A stretch of DNA of 64,000 bases from Alphaproteobacteria bacterium (GCA_965220745.1 CBDCQT010000013.1:384001-448000); one strand, 5' to 3'; shown: positions 1 through 10,583, counted from the first letter of the stretch. The notes: a model not told the origin generated them from the sequence alone. A program made the numbers and translations.

Positions 1-813
1 TCCGAGCTTCATCAGCGCCGCGCCGTCGCCGTCCAGCACTAGTACCGGCCGCGTCGAGTTGAGCGCGACGCCGAGGCCCATTGCCGAGGCGCAGCCCATC
101 GAGCCCACCTGGTAGAGCTGCTGCGGACGATCTTCGAGAGTGAACAACTCTCGTCCGGTCTTGCCGGTGGTCGCGACCACCGCAGCTTCCGCCGGCACGA
201 GTGTCTGAACGCAGCGCAGGAGATCGATCCGCGTCGGACGCTCGCCGCCCTCGCGCAGGTCTTCGATCCGGCCGCGCGGGCGGATGGGCTGGTCCGGCTG
301 ATCGAGGCCGTCATCACGCACGCTGCCCTTCTCCATGATCAGCGCGAAGGGAAGCTCATCGCTTGCCATGGCCTGCTCGGCCCGGTCGAGCGTCGTCGTT
401 ACGTCGTCGGCCTTCCTGGGGAAGCCGGCATGGCCTATGGCGATGGTATCCAGGAGCGATCCCATCACCTCGCCCATGAGCTCATGCTGCGGTTCATCAC
501 TCAGCCCCGGCTGCCCCCGCCAGGTGACGATCAAGAGCGTCGGAATGCGGAAGGGATGGTTGAGCGAGGTCAGAGGGTTGACGGTGTTTCCGAGACCGGA
601 ATTCTGGCACATCACGACTGTTCGTTTGCCCGCGAGCCAGGCGCCTGCCGCCACCGCCACGGCCTCGCCCTCGCTCGTCGCGCCCACGTAGTTGAGTGCC
701 GGGTCGGAAATCACCCGGTTGATCAACGGGGTGAGGAATGAGCAAGGAACGCCGGTATAGAACGAAAACCCGCGTTCCTGCGCGGGCTCGAGAAAGGCGT
801 CGGCCGCGATCAT
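1..813 (-). CDS. aepY: Phosphonopyruvate decarboxylase (ThDP-dependent), 3' end runs off the window start
   Basis: Not in the ORF track; read by hand from ATG 813: MIAADAFLEPAQERGFSFYTGVPCSFLTPLIN...VMCQNSGLGNTVNPLTSL...WRGQPGLSDEPQHELMG...GSMGCASAMGLG...LDGDGAALMKLG. These are the Ppd/ComDE-type motifs plus the GDG ThDP motif in one chain. Confidence 0.88.
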   Translation of the reverse strand, partial: MIAADAFLEPAQERGFSFYTGVPCSFLTPLINRVISDPALNYVGATSEGEAVAVAAGAWLAGKRTVVMCQNSGLGNTVNPLTSLNHPFRIPTLLIVTWRGQPGLSDEPQHELMGEVMGSLLDTIAIGHAGFPRKADDVTTTLDRAEQAMASDELPFALIMEKGSVRDDGLDQPDQPIRPRGRIEDLREGGERPTRIDLLRCVQTLVPAEAAVVATTGKTGRELFTLEDRPQQLYQVGSMGCASAMGLGVALNSTRPVLVLDGDGAALMKLG

Positions 814-844
814 TCGGGTGTCTCCGGTCTCGAGCGATTGGGGG

Positions 845-913
845 ATGATAGACTCTCACGCTGCTCAGAGGCACAGGTTGGCGGCCTTTGGCGATTACGT
901 CGAATATCACTGA
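845..913 (+). pseudogene. Possible 3' relic of a HigB/RelE-type toxin gene
   Basis: 893-913 GATTACGTCGAATATCACTGA encodes DYVEYH*, similar to the (V)DYxDYH* C-terminus typical of HigB toxins. It lies directly before the higA RBS (GAGGAG). Confidence 0.5.
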
Positions 914-924
914 GGAGACGGGGC

Positions 925-1212
925 ATGGCGATGCACAATCCGCCGCATCCGGGAGGGATCGTGAAGCGGCAATGTCTGGAGCCACTGGGGCTAAGCGTGA
1001 CACGGGCTGCTCAGGGACTTGGGGTCACACGCCAAGCACTGTCCGAACTGATTAACGAGCGCACGGGCGTTTCAGTCGATATGGCAATACGGCTGTCGAA
1101 GGCGTTCGGCTCCACACCCGAGACCTGGCTTGGGATGCAAATGGCTTATGATCTTTGGCAGGCCCGCGACCGCGCTCAGCGAATTAATGTAGAGCGCTTT
1201 GCAGCGACCTGA
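925..1212 (+). CDS. higA: HigA-family antitoxin (XRE HTH)
   Basis: MHNPPHPG...LGLSVTRAAQGLGVTRQALSELIN...MAIRLSKAFGSTPETWLGMQMAYDLW is the HigA/VapI signature; GAGGAG RBS upstream. Confidence 0.92.
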   Translation: MAMHNPPHPGGIVKRQCLEPLGLSVTRAAQGLGVTRQALSELINERTGVSVDMAIRLSKAFGSTPETWLGMQMAYDLWQARDRAQRINVERFAAT

Positions 1213-1298
1213 TGGCCCGGCATCCTCCTTTAGCATCGTCTGTAGGACAGGGACGCCACCATTGACAGGCGCCTACGTTCGATAGACGGTCGGGAGCG

Positions 1299-1949
1299 TT
1301 GGTCTGGGCGCGTTGCGCCCGCGCGGGCCGCCGCCACGACCCAGGAGTCGACCGGTTGCGCCGCTATCTGCTCCTCTACCGATTCCTGATCGTCAACATC
1401 GTGGGCGCGGCGCTGCTCGGGCTCGCGGGCGCCCAAGGCTGGATCGCGCGCATTGCCGAGGCAGACCCCACCGGCCTCGTCTTTGTGATCTTCGGCGTCT
1501 TCGCGGTCGGCCTCGCGCTCTGTGGTTACCGTCTGTTCAAGACAAGCGCAGTCCTCAACAGGCTGGAAGAAGGCGAAACGGTCGACCTTCCCGCCGACTG
1601 GACCAGTCCGTCCGTCCGCCCGGAGCTGATGGCCGAGGCGCTCAAGGCGCGGCTCTTCAGCCGTATCGCGGTGGTGCGGCAGATCGCGGCCGCGCTGGTG
1701 GTGCTCGGGCTGATCGGCACGGTGGCGGGCTTCATCATCGCGCTCTCCGGTGTCTCGGCGGAGGAAGCCGGCACCCTCGCCGCCGTGCAGCCGATGATCT
1801 CGACCCTCATCAGCGGCATGTCGGTCGCGCTCTACACGACCCTCGAAGGCGCCGTTCTGGGCCTCTGGCTCACCGTCAACTACCGTATGCTGGCAACCGG
1901 CACCTCCACCCTCTACAGCGAGCTCCTTGCGGCCAATGGACGAGTTTGA
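1299..1949 (+). CDS. MotA/TolQ/ExbB proton-channel family membrane protein
   Basis: Four hydrophobic segments; LGLIGTVAGFIIAL and GMSVALYTTLEG match the GLxGTVxG and ALxTTxxG family motifs. Start codon uncertain. Confidence 0.8.
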   Translation: MVWARCARAGRRHDPGVDRLRRYLLLYRFLIVNIVGAALLGLAGAQGWIARIAEADPTGLVFVIFGVFAVGLALCGYRLFKTSAVLNRLEEGETVDLPADWTSPSVRPELMAEALKARLFSRIAVVRQIAAALVVLGLIGTVAGFIIALSGVSAEEAGTLAAVQPMISTLISGMSVALYTTLEGAVLGLWLTVNYRMLATGTSTLYSELLAANGRV

Positions 1950-2580
1950 CGACGACAGCGGCACGATCTTTCGCGACGTCACGCTGCTCGCGCTCGCCGC
2001 TTTCGTTGCGATGGTGCTCATGCTGTTGCCGTTCCTCAACACAGGTGCGGAGGTCGAGAGCGAGACCGATGGGATCAGCGATCCGGGCAACGTAATCATC
2101 GAGCTCCTGTGGGCGTCGGACCGAGACGCCGACATCGATCTTTGGGTCAAGGCGCCGGAGCGGGCGCCGGTGGGCTTCCCCAACAAGGGCAACGAGGTGG
2201 TCAACCTATTGCGCGACGATCTCGGCCTGTTTCAAGACCTTACCGACATCAATTACGAGATTGTCTACAGTCGCGGCATCGTGGCAGGCGAATGGATCGT
2301 CAACGTTCAGGCCTACCGGCTTGAGGACCCGATCCAGCCGACGCCGGTCGCAGTTCAGGTGGTCGTTAGCGTCAAGCGCGAGGGTGAGGACAGGCCGACT
2401 CCGATCTTGAAGAAGGAGGTCGAGCTGCGCTTCCTCCGCCACGAGCTGACCGTGTTCCGCTTCGCACTGACCGGCAAGGGTGCGCTCGTGCACGGCAGCG
2501 TCAACGACGTCAAACACTCCCTCATTATGGAGTACGCTCGGGCCCACAACCGTCTGCTCGAGGGGCGGCCGGGTGGATAG
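1936..2580 (+). CDS. Single-TM protein with ExbD/TolR/MotB-like TM aspartate and a YfaP/DUF2135-like soluble domain
   Basis: N-terminal FRDVTLLALAAFVAMVLMLL, then W...DADIDLWV, LRDDLG, NYEIV, GEWIVNV..Y. Overlaps the upstream gene. Confidence 0.65.
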   Translation: MDEFDDDSGTIFRDVTLLALAAFVAMVLMLLPFLNTGAEVESETDGISDPGNVIIELLWASDRDADIDLWVKAPERAPVGFPNKGNEVVNLLRDDLGLFQDLTDINYEIVYSRGIVAGEWIVNVQAYRLEDPIQPTPVAVQVVVSVKREGEDRPTPILKKEVELRFLRHELTVFRFALTGKGALVHGSVNDVKHSLIMEYARAHNRLLEGRPGG

Positions 2581-3085
2581 TTTCGCCTATCTCTATGTCG
2601 CCCTTGCGCTGGTGGGAGCCGCGCTCGCCAGCATCGCGGTCTGGTCCAGGCGCAGGGCGCAGTGGAAGGCCGTTGCCGTCGGCCTGCTCGCCGCCCTCGT
2701 CGTGATCGGTTATTTCAGCTATTCCATGCTGCTCTCACGGCCGAAGCCGCTTTCTCTGGACATGATGGACGTGTCCGGAGCGCATGTGCTTTCGGCCGCA
2801 CTGCGCGAGGACGAGGCGATCTATCTCTGGCTTTCCGTCGAGGGGACGCCCCGCTTCTATGCGTTGCCGTGGGACCAGGCGGCGGCCCAGCGGCTCCAGT
2901 CGGTCATGCGCGAGACGCGGCGCTCTGGTCACGATGTGGTAATCCAGAGGGCGGAAGAGGGCAGCGACGTGGACGCACCGGAGGAGGAAGCGACGGGGGC
3001 CAACAACTTCTACGCGGTGCCCCCGCCACTCCTGCTGCCGACGAAGCGGCTCCACGCCATCCGCGGTCCTGCGGGCGAGATGTGA
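2573..3085 (+). CDS. Hypothetical membrane protein (two N-terminal TM helices, Pro-rich C-terminus)
   Basis: GTG at 2573 overlaps the upstream stop; two hydrophobic helices, then LSRPKP...AIYLWL...PRFYALPW...PPPLLLPTK. Confidence 0.7.
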   Translation: MDSFAYLYVALALVGAALASIAVWSRRRAQWKAVAVGLLAALVVIGYFSYSMLLSRPKPLSLDMMDVSGAHVLSAALREDEAIYLWLSVEGTPRFYALPWDQAAAQRLQSVMRETRRSGHDVVIQRAEEGSDVDAPEEEATGANNFYAVPPPLLLPTKRLHAIRGPAGEM

Positions 3086-4278
3086 ACGTGAGCACCAGCA
3101 ACGCTACTGCGCCGGCCATGCCCCGCGCAGCCGCGCCCTACGCCTCGTTTCCCCAGAGGAGCCGCGGGCGTCTCTACCCAGAACCGGAAAGCCGCACGCG
3201 GACGGCCTTCCAACGCGACCGCGACCGCATCATCCATTGCGCGGCCTTCCGCCGGCTTCAGCACAAGACGCAAGTCTTCGTCTATCACGAGGGAGATCAC
3301 TACCGCACGCGCCTCACCCACAGCCTGGAGGTGGCGCAGATCGCGCGCTCGATCAGCCGTGTTCTCAGGGTGGACGAGGATCTCGCCGAGGTGCTGGCGC
3401 TTGCGCACGATCTCGGGCACCCGCCCTTCGGCCATGCGGGCGAGAGCGCGCTCGACCAGGCGATGAAACCCTACGGCGGTTTCGATCACAACGCGCAGAC
3501 CATGCGCATCCTTACCGCGCTGGAGCAGCGCTATAACGACTTCGACGGTCTGAACCTCACCTGGGAGACCCTGGAAGGGGTGGCGAAGCACAATGGTCCG
3601 CGCCTGGAGGAAGCGACCCCCGGTGCCATCGAGGCCTATTCGGCCCGGCACGACCTTGAGCTTCGCACCCACGCCGGCCTGGAGGCTCAGATCGCGGCGC
3701 TGGCAGACGACATCGCCTACAACAATCACGACGTGGACGACGGGCTGCGCGCGGGCCTCTTCACCGTCGAGGATCTGAAGGACGTCCCCCTGGTCGGCGA
3801 AATACTGGATGAGGTCGCCACCGATCACCCGTGCGGCGAGGAGAGCCGCCGGATTCACGAGACGGTTCGGCGCATGATCGGCGCCATGGTCGAAGACGTG
3901 ATTGATGCCAGCCGGCAACGCCTGGAGGAGGTCGGGCCGGCCAATGTCGAGGCCGTGCGCAGCCACGGTGCCCCGCTGATCGCTTTTTCCGACACCATGC
4001 AAGCCCACGGCGAGGGGTTGAAGGCGTTCCTGCGCGAGCGCATGTATCGACATCACAGGGTCAACCGGATGGCCAGCAAGGCACGCAGGACGGTGGGCGA
4101 GCTGTTCGAGCTCTTCATCGACGAGCCGCAATGCCTGCCTGAGGAGTGGCGGGCCCGCTGCGACGGACCGCGAACGCTGAGCACGGCGCGCGTGGTTGCC
4201 GACTACGTCGCGGGGATGACGGATCGCTTCGCCATTCAGGAACATCGCAATCTCTTCGATACGGTGCTGTGGAGATGA
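3082..4278 (+). CDS. dgt: Deoxyguanosinetriphosphate triphosphohydrolase (HD domain)
   Basis: [60 protein letters not shown]. Start is GTG 3082 (GTGA overlap) or ATG 3118. Confidence 0.95.
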   Translation: MNVSTSNATAPAMPRAAAPYASFPQRSRGRLYPEPESRTRTAFQRDRDRIIHCAAFRRLQHKTQVFVYHEGDHYRTRLTHSLEVAQIARSISRVLRVDEDLAEVLALAHDLGHPPFGHAGESALDQAMKPYGGFDHNAQTMRILTALEQRYNDFDGLNLTWETLEGVAKHNGPRLEEATPGAIEAYSARHDLELRTHAGLEAQIAALADDIAYNNHDVDDGLRAGLFTVEDLKDVPLVGEILDEVATDHPCGEESRRIHETVRRMIGAMVEDVIDASRQRLEEVGPANVEAVRSHGAPLIAFSDTMQAHGEGLKAFLRERMYRHHRVNRMASKARRTVGELFELFIDEPQCLPEEWRARCDGPRTLSTARVVADYVAGMTDRFAIQEHRNLFDTVLWR

Positions 4279-6029
4279 ATGTTTTCAGTCACTTGTCAGA
4301 GATGATTCATAAAGAAATAGAGGAGTTGTGCGATGCCGGCGCGTTGCCCGCCGGGATCGATCTCTCGGCAGTCCAGGTGGAGCCGCCGCGCGAGGCGGAG
4401 CACGGCGACGCGGCCTGCAACGCGGCGCTGGTGCTGGCCAAGCAGGCGCGACGAAAGCCGCGCGAGATCGCAGAGCATCTGGCGGAGCGGTTGCAAGAGC
4501 ACGTGGAAGTTCGCTCGGTCGAGATTGCCGGTCCCGGCTTCGTCAATCTGCGGCTGACGGACGATTTCTGGTGGGCGCGGTTGGCCGAGCTTCTCGCCAC
4601 TGGGCCTGGGTACGGCGCCAATGACCTGGGTCAAGGGCAGCGCATCAACGTGGAATATGTTTCCGCCAACCCCACCGGGCCGCTCCACGTCGGCCATGCC
4701 AGAGGGGCGGTGGTGGGCGACGCGCTTGCCAATCTGCTCGCCCATATGGGCTTTTCCGTGACGCGGGAATACTACGTGAACGATGCCGGTGCGCAGGTAG
4801 ACACCCTCGCTCGCTCCGTCCATGCCCGCTACCGCGAGGCATGCGGGGAGGCAATCGGGAAAATCCCCGAAGGGCTCTATCCGGGGGACTATCTGGTGCC
4901 TGTGGGCGAGACGCTTGCGGCCCGCGACGGCCGGCGTTGGCTGGCGGAGCCGGAGGCGGTCTGGCTGCCGGAGGTTCGCAGCTTCGCCATCAAGGCTATG
5001 ATGGACCTCGTGCGCGAAGACCTCGACGCACTCGGGGTGCGGCATGATCTCTTCCGCTCGGAGCGCGCGCTGGTCGGTGAGGGTCGGGTCGACGACTCGT
5101 ACGCGGCACTGGAGGGCGCCGGGCTCATTTACAGTGGCGTGCTGGAGCCGCCCAAGGGCAAACGTGACGAGGATTGGGAGCCGCGCGAGCAGAGCCTTTT
5201 CCGTGCTACCAAATTCGGCGATGACACGGACCGGCCGCTCAAGAAATCGGACGGCACCTGGACCTATTTCGCCACCGATATCGCCTATCACCGCGACAAG
5301 ATCGAGCGGGGCTTCGCCGACCTGATCGACGTGTGGGGGGCCGACCACGGCGGCTACGTCAAGCGGATGAAGGCCGCCGTTGCGGCGATTTCCGACGATT
5401 CGGCGACTCTCGACGTCAAGATCTGCCAGATGGTGAAGCTGCTCGACGACGGTGAGCCCGTGGCGATGTCGAAGCGCGCCGGGCGCTTCGTGACGCTGCG
5501 CGATGTCGTCGACGAGGTCGGTCGCGATGTCGTTCGCTTCATCATGCTCACCCGCCGCAACGACGCCCCGCTTGAGTTCGACCTTCGCAAGGTCCTGGAG
5601 CAGTCGCGCGACAACCCGGTTTTCTACGTCCAGTACGCCCACGCCAGGGCGTGTTCGGCATTGCGACGCGGGGCCGAGGTCGTGCCGGAGAACGAGCTCA
5701 CGCCTGCCGCGCTCGCTTCCGCCGATCTTACGTGCCTGGACGACCCGGCCGAGCTTGATCTGATCCGGCGGCTCTGCCAGTGGCCTCGGGTGTTGGCGAG
5801 CGCCGCTATAGCGCATGAACCGCACCGGATCGCCTATCATCTGCAAGAGCTTGCGGGCGCCTTCCATCTGCTCTGGACCAGAGGGAAGGACGACGCGCGG
5901 CTGCGCTTCGTCGATGCGGAGCGACCGTCGGAGACGCGCGCGCGCCTTGCGTTGATCAGCGGCGTCAGGATCGTTATTGCGGAGGGGCTGGCGCTGTTCG
6001 GAGTCGAGCCGGTACAGGAGATGCGATGA
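4275..6029 (+). CDS. argS: Arginine--tRNA ligase
   Basis: [24 protein letters not shown] (HIGH-like), [22 protein letters not shown]; ATGA overlap with dgt. Confidence 0.97.
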   Translation: MNVFSHLSEMIHKEIEELCDAGALPAGIDLSAVQVEPPREAEHGDAACNAALVLAKQARRKPREIAEHLAERLQEHVEVRSVEIAGPGFVNLRLTDDFWWARLAELLATGPGYGANDLGQGQRINVEYVSANPTGPLHVGHARGAVVGDALANLLAHMGFSVTREYYVNDAGAQVDTLARSVHARYREACGEAIGKIPEGLYPGDYLVPVGETLAARDGRRWLAEPEAVWLPEVRSFAIKAMMDLVREDLDALGVRHDLFRSERALVGEGRVDDSYAALEGAGLIYSGVLEPPKGKRDEDWEPREQSLFRATKFGDDTDRPLKKSDGTWTYFATDIAYHRDKIERGFADLIDVWGADHGGYVKRMKAAVAAISDDSATLDVKICQMVKLLDDGEPVAMSKRAGRFVTLRDVVDEVGRDVVRFIMLTRRNDAPLEFDLRKVLEQSRDNPVFYVQYAHARACSALRRGAEVVPENELTPAALASADLTCLDDPAELDLIRRLCQWPRVLASAAIAHEPHRIAYHLQELAGAFHLLWTRGKDDARLRFVDAERPSETRARLALISGVRIVIAEGLALFGVEPVQEMR

Positions 6030-7297
6030 GCGGCGGCGAAGACGGCTCGGAGACCCCGCCGGCGTCCGAGACTCCGCCCGCGCCCGAGTCGCCGGAAGCG
6101 GAGACGCCGGCGGCACCTCAGGAGCCAGCCGAGCAAGCCGACGAGGGGCGGGCGGAAAGTCGGCGCCCGCGGCTGCTTCCGGTGTGGATACTCTTGGGCG
6201 CTGCCGCGCTTGCAGGCGGCGCCTGGGCGGTGACCGAGCGTATGGGGGGCGGTGGAGGGCCGCCTCCTGACGAGGCTTCGGTGCCGCTCATCACCGCCTC
6301 AGCGGAGCCCTGGAAGGTGCGTCCCGACGATCCGGGCGGATTGAAAATCCCGAACCAGGGCACGCTGATCTACGAGACGCTGACGACTGACGAGCCCGAG
6401 GAAGCGCCCGAGCGAGTTCTGCCGCCGCCGGAGGCGCCGCTGGCTCCGCCAAAGCCGGAGCCCGATAGCGCCGAAGCGCTCGCGGTAGCAGGGTCCGGCG
6501 CAGATACCGCGGTGGCAGCGCTAGAGCCAGATACAGGCGGCGTCGAAGAACCTGCGCTCTCCCCAACGACTGGAGAGGCGACATCCCCAGAACTCGAGGC
6601 ACCGGCGGAGCCCGTCTCGCTCGAAGAGGCACCCCCGCTTGAGCCTGACGGACCTCCGGAGTTCGCGGCGGTCGAGGAAGCGCGCCCCCTCGAACCCAAG
6701 ATTTCGGAAATCGACGGAGTTCTGCTGCCGCCGCCGCCCAAGCCCGGAACACTTGCGGCCATACTGGCCGAGGAGGCACGACTGTCCGAGCTCGATGAGC
6801 CGGCCACGGTCGAAGTCCCCACGCGGGAAACCGCGCCACCGTCAGCAGTCGAGAATTTGCCAGAGCTGGAGGCTGATACGCTGGCTCTGGTCGAAGAAGT
6901 GCTGCAGCGAGACTCTGGGACGCCTCCCGCGTCCCCCCAGGCTGAAGAGGCAGACCCGGTGCCTCTGCCCCCTTACAAACCGCGCCGCCTGGTGCGGGCC
7001 GAGCCGGCTCGCGAAGCGCCCGCTTCATCGGCAACGGATCAACCCCGCGCTTGGCGTTACGTTCAGCTCGGCACCGCGAACGCCAGAGGCCCATTGGAGA
7101 CGCTCTGGGAGACGCTCCGCCGCCGCAACGACGATGCGCTCACCGGCCTCAGCCCGTTGATCATGCCGGTCGATCGCGGCGACAACGGCATCTTCTATCG
7201 GCTGCGCGCCGGTCCTCTGACGGACGTGGCTGCCGCGCAGAGGGTCTGCGAGCGGCTGAAGGCGCGCGGGCGCGAGTGCTTCGTGGCGCGAGACTGA
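6026..7297 (+). CDS. SPOR-domain cell division protein (FtsN-like)
   Basis: One TM helix, long Pro/Glu-rich linker, C-terminal YVQLG...FYRLRAGPL...[13 protein letters not shown]; usual position after argS. Confidence 0.85.
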   Translation: MSGGEDGSETPPASETPPAPESPEAETPAAPQEPAEQADEGRAESRRPRLLPVWILLGAAALAGGAWAVTERMGGGGGPPPDEASVPLITASAEPWKVRPDDPGGLKIPNQGTLIYETLTTDEPEEAPERVLPPPEAPLAPPKPEPDSAEALAVAGSGADTAVAALEPDTGGVEEPALSPTTGEATSPELEAPAEPVSLEEAPPLEPDGPPEFAAVEEARPLEPKISEIDGVLLPPPPKPGTLAAILAEEARLSELDEPATVEVPTRETAPPSAVENLPELEADTLALVEEVLQRDSGTPPASPQAEEADPVPLPPYKPRRLVRAEPAREAPASSATDQPRAWRYVQLGTANARGPLETLWETLRRRNDDALTGLSPLIMPVDRGDNGIFYRLRAGPLTDVAAAQRVCERLKARGRECFVARD

Positions 7298-7304
7298 GGA
7301 CGGC

Positions 7305-8339
7305 GTGACGCAGCACGCAGCGCCGCAGGCGGTGATTCTCGGCTGCGCGGGCCCGGTTCTTGACGCGGACGAGCGCCGCTTCATCGCCGATGCCGTTCCG
7401 GCAGGCTTCATCCTGTTCAAGCGCAACTGCGAGACTCCGGAACAATTACGGGCGCTAATCACGGTACTGCGCGAGGCTATCGCTCGACCCGATGCGCCGG
7501 TGTTGATCGACCAGGAGGGCGGTCGCGTGGCCCGTCTCGGCTCGCCGCATTGGCGCGTGCCGCCGGCGCCGGCGCTGCTCGGCGCCTTGACCAAGATCGA
7601 TGAAACCGACGGCGCGCGCGCGGCCTGGCTCAATGCCCGCCTGGTGGCGGCCGACCTGCATCCGCTCGGAATTACGGTCAACTGCGCGCCGGTACTGGAC
7701 CTCCACTTCGGCCATGCCGGTAACGCCATCGGCGACCGCTCGCTCGGCGCCGATCCAAATCTGGTGGCGCGTTTGGGCCGGGCAGTCTGTGACGGCCTCG
7801 CCGCGGGCGGCATCGTGCCAGCAATCAAGCACTTGCCTGGGCACGGACGCGCGGCTGCCGACAGCCACGCGGTGTTGCCGCGTGTCGACGCCTCTCTCGA
7901 CGCACTGCAGGACCGCGATTTTGTGCCTTTTCGCGCGCTTCGCGACGTGCCGGCGGGACTGACGGCCCATGTATGCTATGAGGCGCTCGATCCCGAGCGG
8001 CCCGGTACACTGTCCAGGACCGTGATCGAGGAGGCTGTGCGGGGCGCAATTGGCTTCGACGGCCTGTTGGTAAGCGACGATCTCTCCATGGGCGCCCTGA
8101 CCGGGCCGATCGGCGAACGAGCCCGTGCCGCGCTCACGGCCGGCTGCGATGTGGCCCTTCACTGCAACGGAAACCGCGACGAAATGGAGGATGTCGCTGC
8201 GGCTGTGCCCCGGCTCGACGGCCGCGCGCGGGAGAGATTCGAGCTCATGCTGGCGTCGCGGCGCAAACCCGACCCCTTCGATCAAGCCGCCGGCCGACGT
8301 GAACTGGACGCCCTGCTGGCTCGAGTGACTCCCCCGTGA
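7305..8339 (+). CDS. nagZ: Beta-N-acetylhexosaminidase (GH3)
   Basis: ILFKRN, IDQEGGRV, KHLPGHGRAAADSH, SDDLSM motifs. Confidence 0.93.
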   Translation: MTQHAAPQAVILGCAGPVLDADERRFIADAVPAGFILFKRNCETPEQLRALITVLREAIARPDAPVLIDQEGGRVARLGSPHWRVPPAPALLGALTKIDETDGARAAWLNARLVAADLHPLGITVNCAPVLDLHFGHAGNAIGDRSLGADPNLVARLGRAVCDGLAAGGIVPAIKHLPGHGRAAADSHAVLPRVDASLDALQDRDFVPFRALRDVPAGLTAHVCYEALDPERPGTLSRTVIEEAVRGAIGFDGLLVSDDLSMGALTGPIGERARAALTAGCDVALHCNGNRDEMEDVAAAVPRLDGRARERFELMLASRRKPDPFDQAAGRRELDALLARVTPP

Positions 8340-9040
8340 TCGAGGCGTGGCTCCTCGCCGCATCGGTCTGGGTGATACCGGTGCTGTTCGCCATCACCCT
8401 GCACGAGGCTGCGCACGGCTGGGCGGCGCTCAAGCTCGGCGACGACACGGCGAAGAGGCTCGGCCGCGTCACAATCAATCCGATCAAGCACGTTCATCCG
8501 GTGGGCACGATCCTGTTGCCGGGCGCGCTCATCGCCGTCGGCGCGCCCTTCGTCTTCGGCTTCGCGAAACCGGTGCCGGTCAACCCGGCGCGGCTGCGCA
8601 ACCCCAGGGGCGGCATGGTCCTGGTGGCGCTCGCGGGGCCGGGGATGAACATCCTGCTGGCCTGCGTCTCGGCGTTGCTGCTCCACGTGGCGACGGCCCT
8701 CCCGGCATCGCTGGCGGAGTGGTGGCAGGCGACGTTCACCCTCGGCATCGTCATCAATCTGGTGCTGGCCATCTTCAACATGCTGCCGGTGCCGCCGCTC
8801 GACGGCGGCCGCGTGGTGCACGGCCTGCTGCCGCCGCGCCATGCCGAGCGTTTCGCGCGACTCGAGCGCTTCGGTATAATTGCCGTGCTGGTCGCGTTCT
8901 TTCTCGTGCCGCTGGCCGCGGCCGAGTTCGGCAGCGCGTTCAACCCGCTGGCGGCGATCATCCTGCCGCCGACGGCAGCGGCCTTCGAGTTGATCGTCGG
9001 CCTGTTCGGGGTGGAGGCACTGGTGTCATGGCTGATCTGA
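8336..9040 (+). CDS. Site-2 protease family (M50) membrane metalloprotease
   Basis: HEAAH (HExxH) and FNMLPVPPLDGG motifs. Confidence 0.92.
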   Translation: MIEAWLLAASVWVIPVLFAITLHEAAHGWAALKLGDDTAKRLGRVTINPIKHVHPVGTILLPGALIAVGAPFVFGFAKPVPVNPARLRNPRGGMVLVALAGPGMNILLACVSALLLHVATALPASLAEWWQATFTLGIVINLVLAIFNMLPVPPLDGGRVVHGLLPPRHAERFARLERFGIIAVLVAFFLVPLAAAEFGSAFNPLAAIILPPTAAAFELIVGLFGVEALVSWLI

Positions 9041-9849
9041 CACCGTTTGAAGATGACGCGAGCGCGGAGGGTTCGCCCGCGCGCGACCCATGCGCGGCCG
9101 GCGACGAGCCTACGCTGATCGTCAATCTCGACGGGTTCGAGGGGCCGCTCGACCTGTTGCTCACGCTGGCCCGCAACCAGAAGGTCGACCTCGCCCGCAT
9201 CTCGATACTGGCGCTGGCCGAGCAGTATCTGGACTACGTCGCCCAGGCGCGCCGGCTTCGCTTGGAGCTTGCGGCCAACTATCTGGTCATGGCGGCGTGG
9301 CTCGCCTACCTCAAGTCGCGCCTGCTTCTGCCCGACGAGGGGGAGGACGCCGAGGAGCCGAGCGGCCCCGAGATGGCCGCCGCGCTCGCCCTCAGGCTGC
9401 GGCGCCTGGCCGCGATGCGCGACGCCGCTGCGATCCTGATGGACCGACCGCAGCTCGGGCGGGACGTCTTCGCCGCCGGCGCTGCCGAGGGCCTGCCCGT
9501 GCATGAGGAAGCGCTGCACGAGGGCACGCTCGTCGAGCTGTTGCGGGCCTACGCCGCCCACCGCATCCGCCGCAAGCCTCGCGGCCTGCTGATCGAGCTC
9601 AGCGCCTATCACTCGATGGAAGACGCCTACAAGCGGTTGACCCAGTTGCTGGGCAGCACGCCGGACTGGGAAATCCTGGAGCGCTTCCTGCCGAGCGGCC
9701 CTGGCCCCGAGAGCGATGCAGCCGCGCGCTCGGGCGTGGCGAGCACATTGGCTGCGTCGCTGGAGCTTGCGCGCGAGGGCCAGTTGCAGCTTCGCCAGTT
9801 GGAACCGTTCGGCCCGATCTACCTCCGCCGGAGGCGGAAAGAGACATGA
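9028..9849 (+). CDS. scpA: Segregation and condensation protein A
   Basis: FEGPLDLLL, YLVMAAWLAYLKSRLLLP, LELAREG...QLEPFGPIY. Confidence 0.93.
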   Translation: MADLTPFEDDASAEGSPARDPCAAGDEPTLIVNLDGFEGPLDLLLTLARNQKVDLARISILALAEQYLDYVAQARRLRLELAANYLVMAAWLAYLKSRLLLPDEGEDAEEPSGPEMAAALALRLRRLAAMRDAAAILMDRPQLGRDVFAAGAAEGLPVHEEALHEGTLVELLRAYAAHRIRRKPRGLLIELSAYHSMEDAYKRLTQLLGSTPDWEILERFLPSGPGPESDAAARSGVASTLAASLELAREGQLQLRQLEPFGPIYLRRRRKET

Positions 9850-10583
9850 CTGATTCGCCCGAGTTGTCACTGTCCGCAGAGCCCACCGAAGACGAGGAGC
9901 GTGCGGCCCGTGCGCGCCGCATCATGGAGGCCATGATTTTCGCGGCCGGCCGGCCGGTCGATGCCGCGACGCTCGCGGCGCAAGTGCCGGAGGGCATCGA
10001 TGTCGAGGGGGAGCTCGCCGCACTCGCCGCATTCTACGACCACCGCGGCATCCATCTCGTGAAGGTCGCCGGCGGCTGGACCTTCCGCACCGCCCAGGAT
10101 TTGGCCGATCACTTGGCCGTACACCGGGTCGTCCGCCGGCGTTTGTCGCGCGCGGCCCTGGAGACGCTTGCGATCATCGCCTACCACCAGCCGGTGACGC
10201 GGGCGGAGGTGGAGGAGATTCGCGGCGTCCACCTGGGGCGGGGCACCCTCGATATCCTGCTGGAAGCCGGCTGGATCGCGCCGAAAGGCCGCCGGCGCAC
10301 ACCGGGCCGCCCTGTGACCTGGGTGACCACGCCGGCATTCATGGAGCATTTCGGGCTGGAAAGCCTCGACGACCTTCCCGGCGTCGACGAGCTGGAGGCT
10401 GCGGGCCTGCTCGACACCCCCGATCCGGCGGCGGAAGGACAAGACGAGGCGCCCGCGCAGATGTCGTCGGAGGAGGAGAGCGGGTGTGCGCCCGATGACG
10501 CCGACGATGCCGAAGAGGATGATCCCGCCGAGGCGGTCTCCACGACGGTCGTGCCTCTCTCCGGCCGGGGCGGGTCGCCGTAA
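9846..10583 (+). CDS. scpB: Segregation and condensation protein B
   Basis: LSRAALETLAIIAYHQPVTRAEVEEIRGV, PGRP..W.TT..F..HFGL; acidic tail. Confidence 0.95.
   Translation: MTDSPELSLSAEPTEDEERAARARRIMEAMIFAAGRPVDAATLAAQVPEGIDVEGELAALAAFYDHRGIHLVKVAGGWTFRTAQDLADHLAVHRVVRRRLSRAALETLAIIAYHQPVTRAEVEEIRGVHLGRGTLDILLEAGWIAPKGRRRTPGRPVTWVTTPAFMEHFGLESLDDLPGVDELEAAGLLDTPDPAAEGQDEAPAQMSSEEESGCAPDDADDAEEDDPAEAVSTTVVPLSGRGGSP

Noticed and set aside
1299-4278. Zorya system or dGTPase anti-phage island
   Set aside because: The second gene lacks the OmpA-like domain of ZorB and no zorC/D/E is present. dgt sits in its usual housekeeping position before argS.
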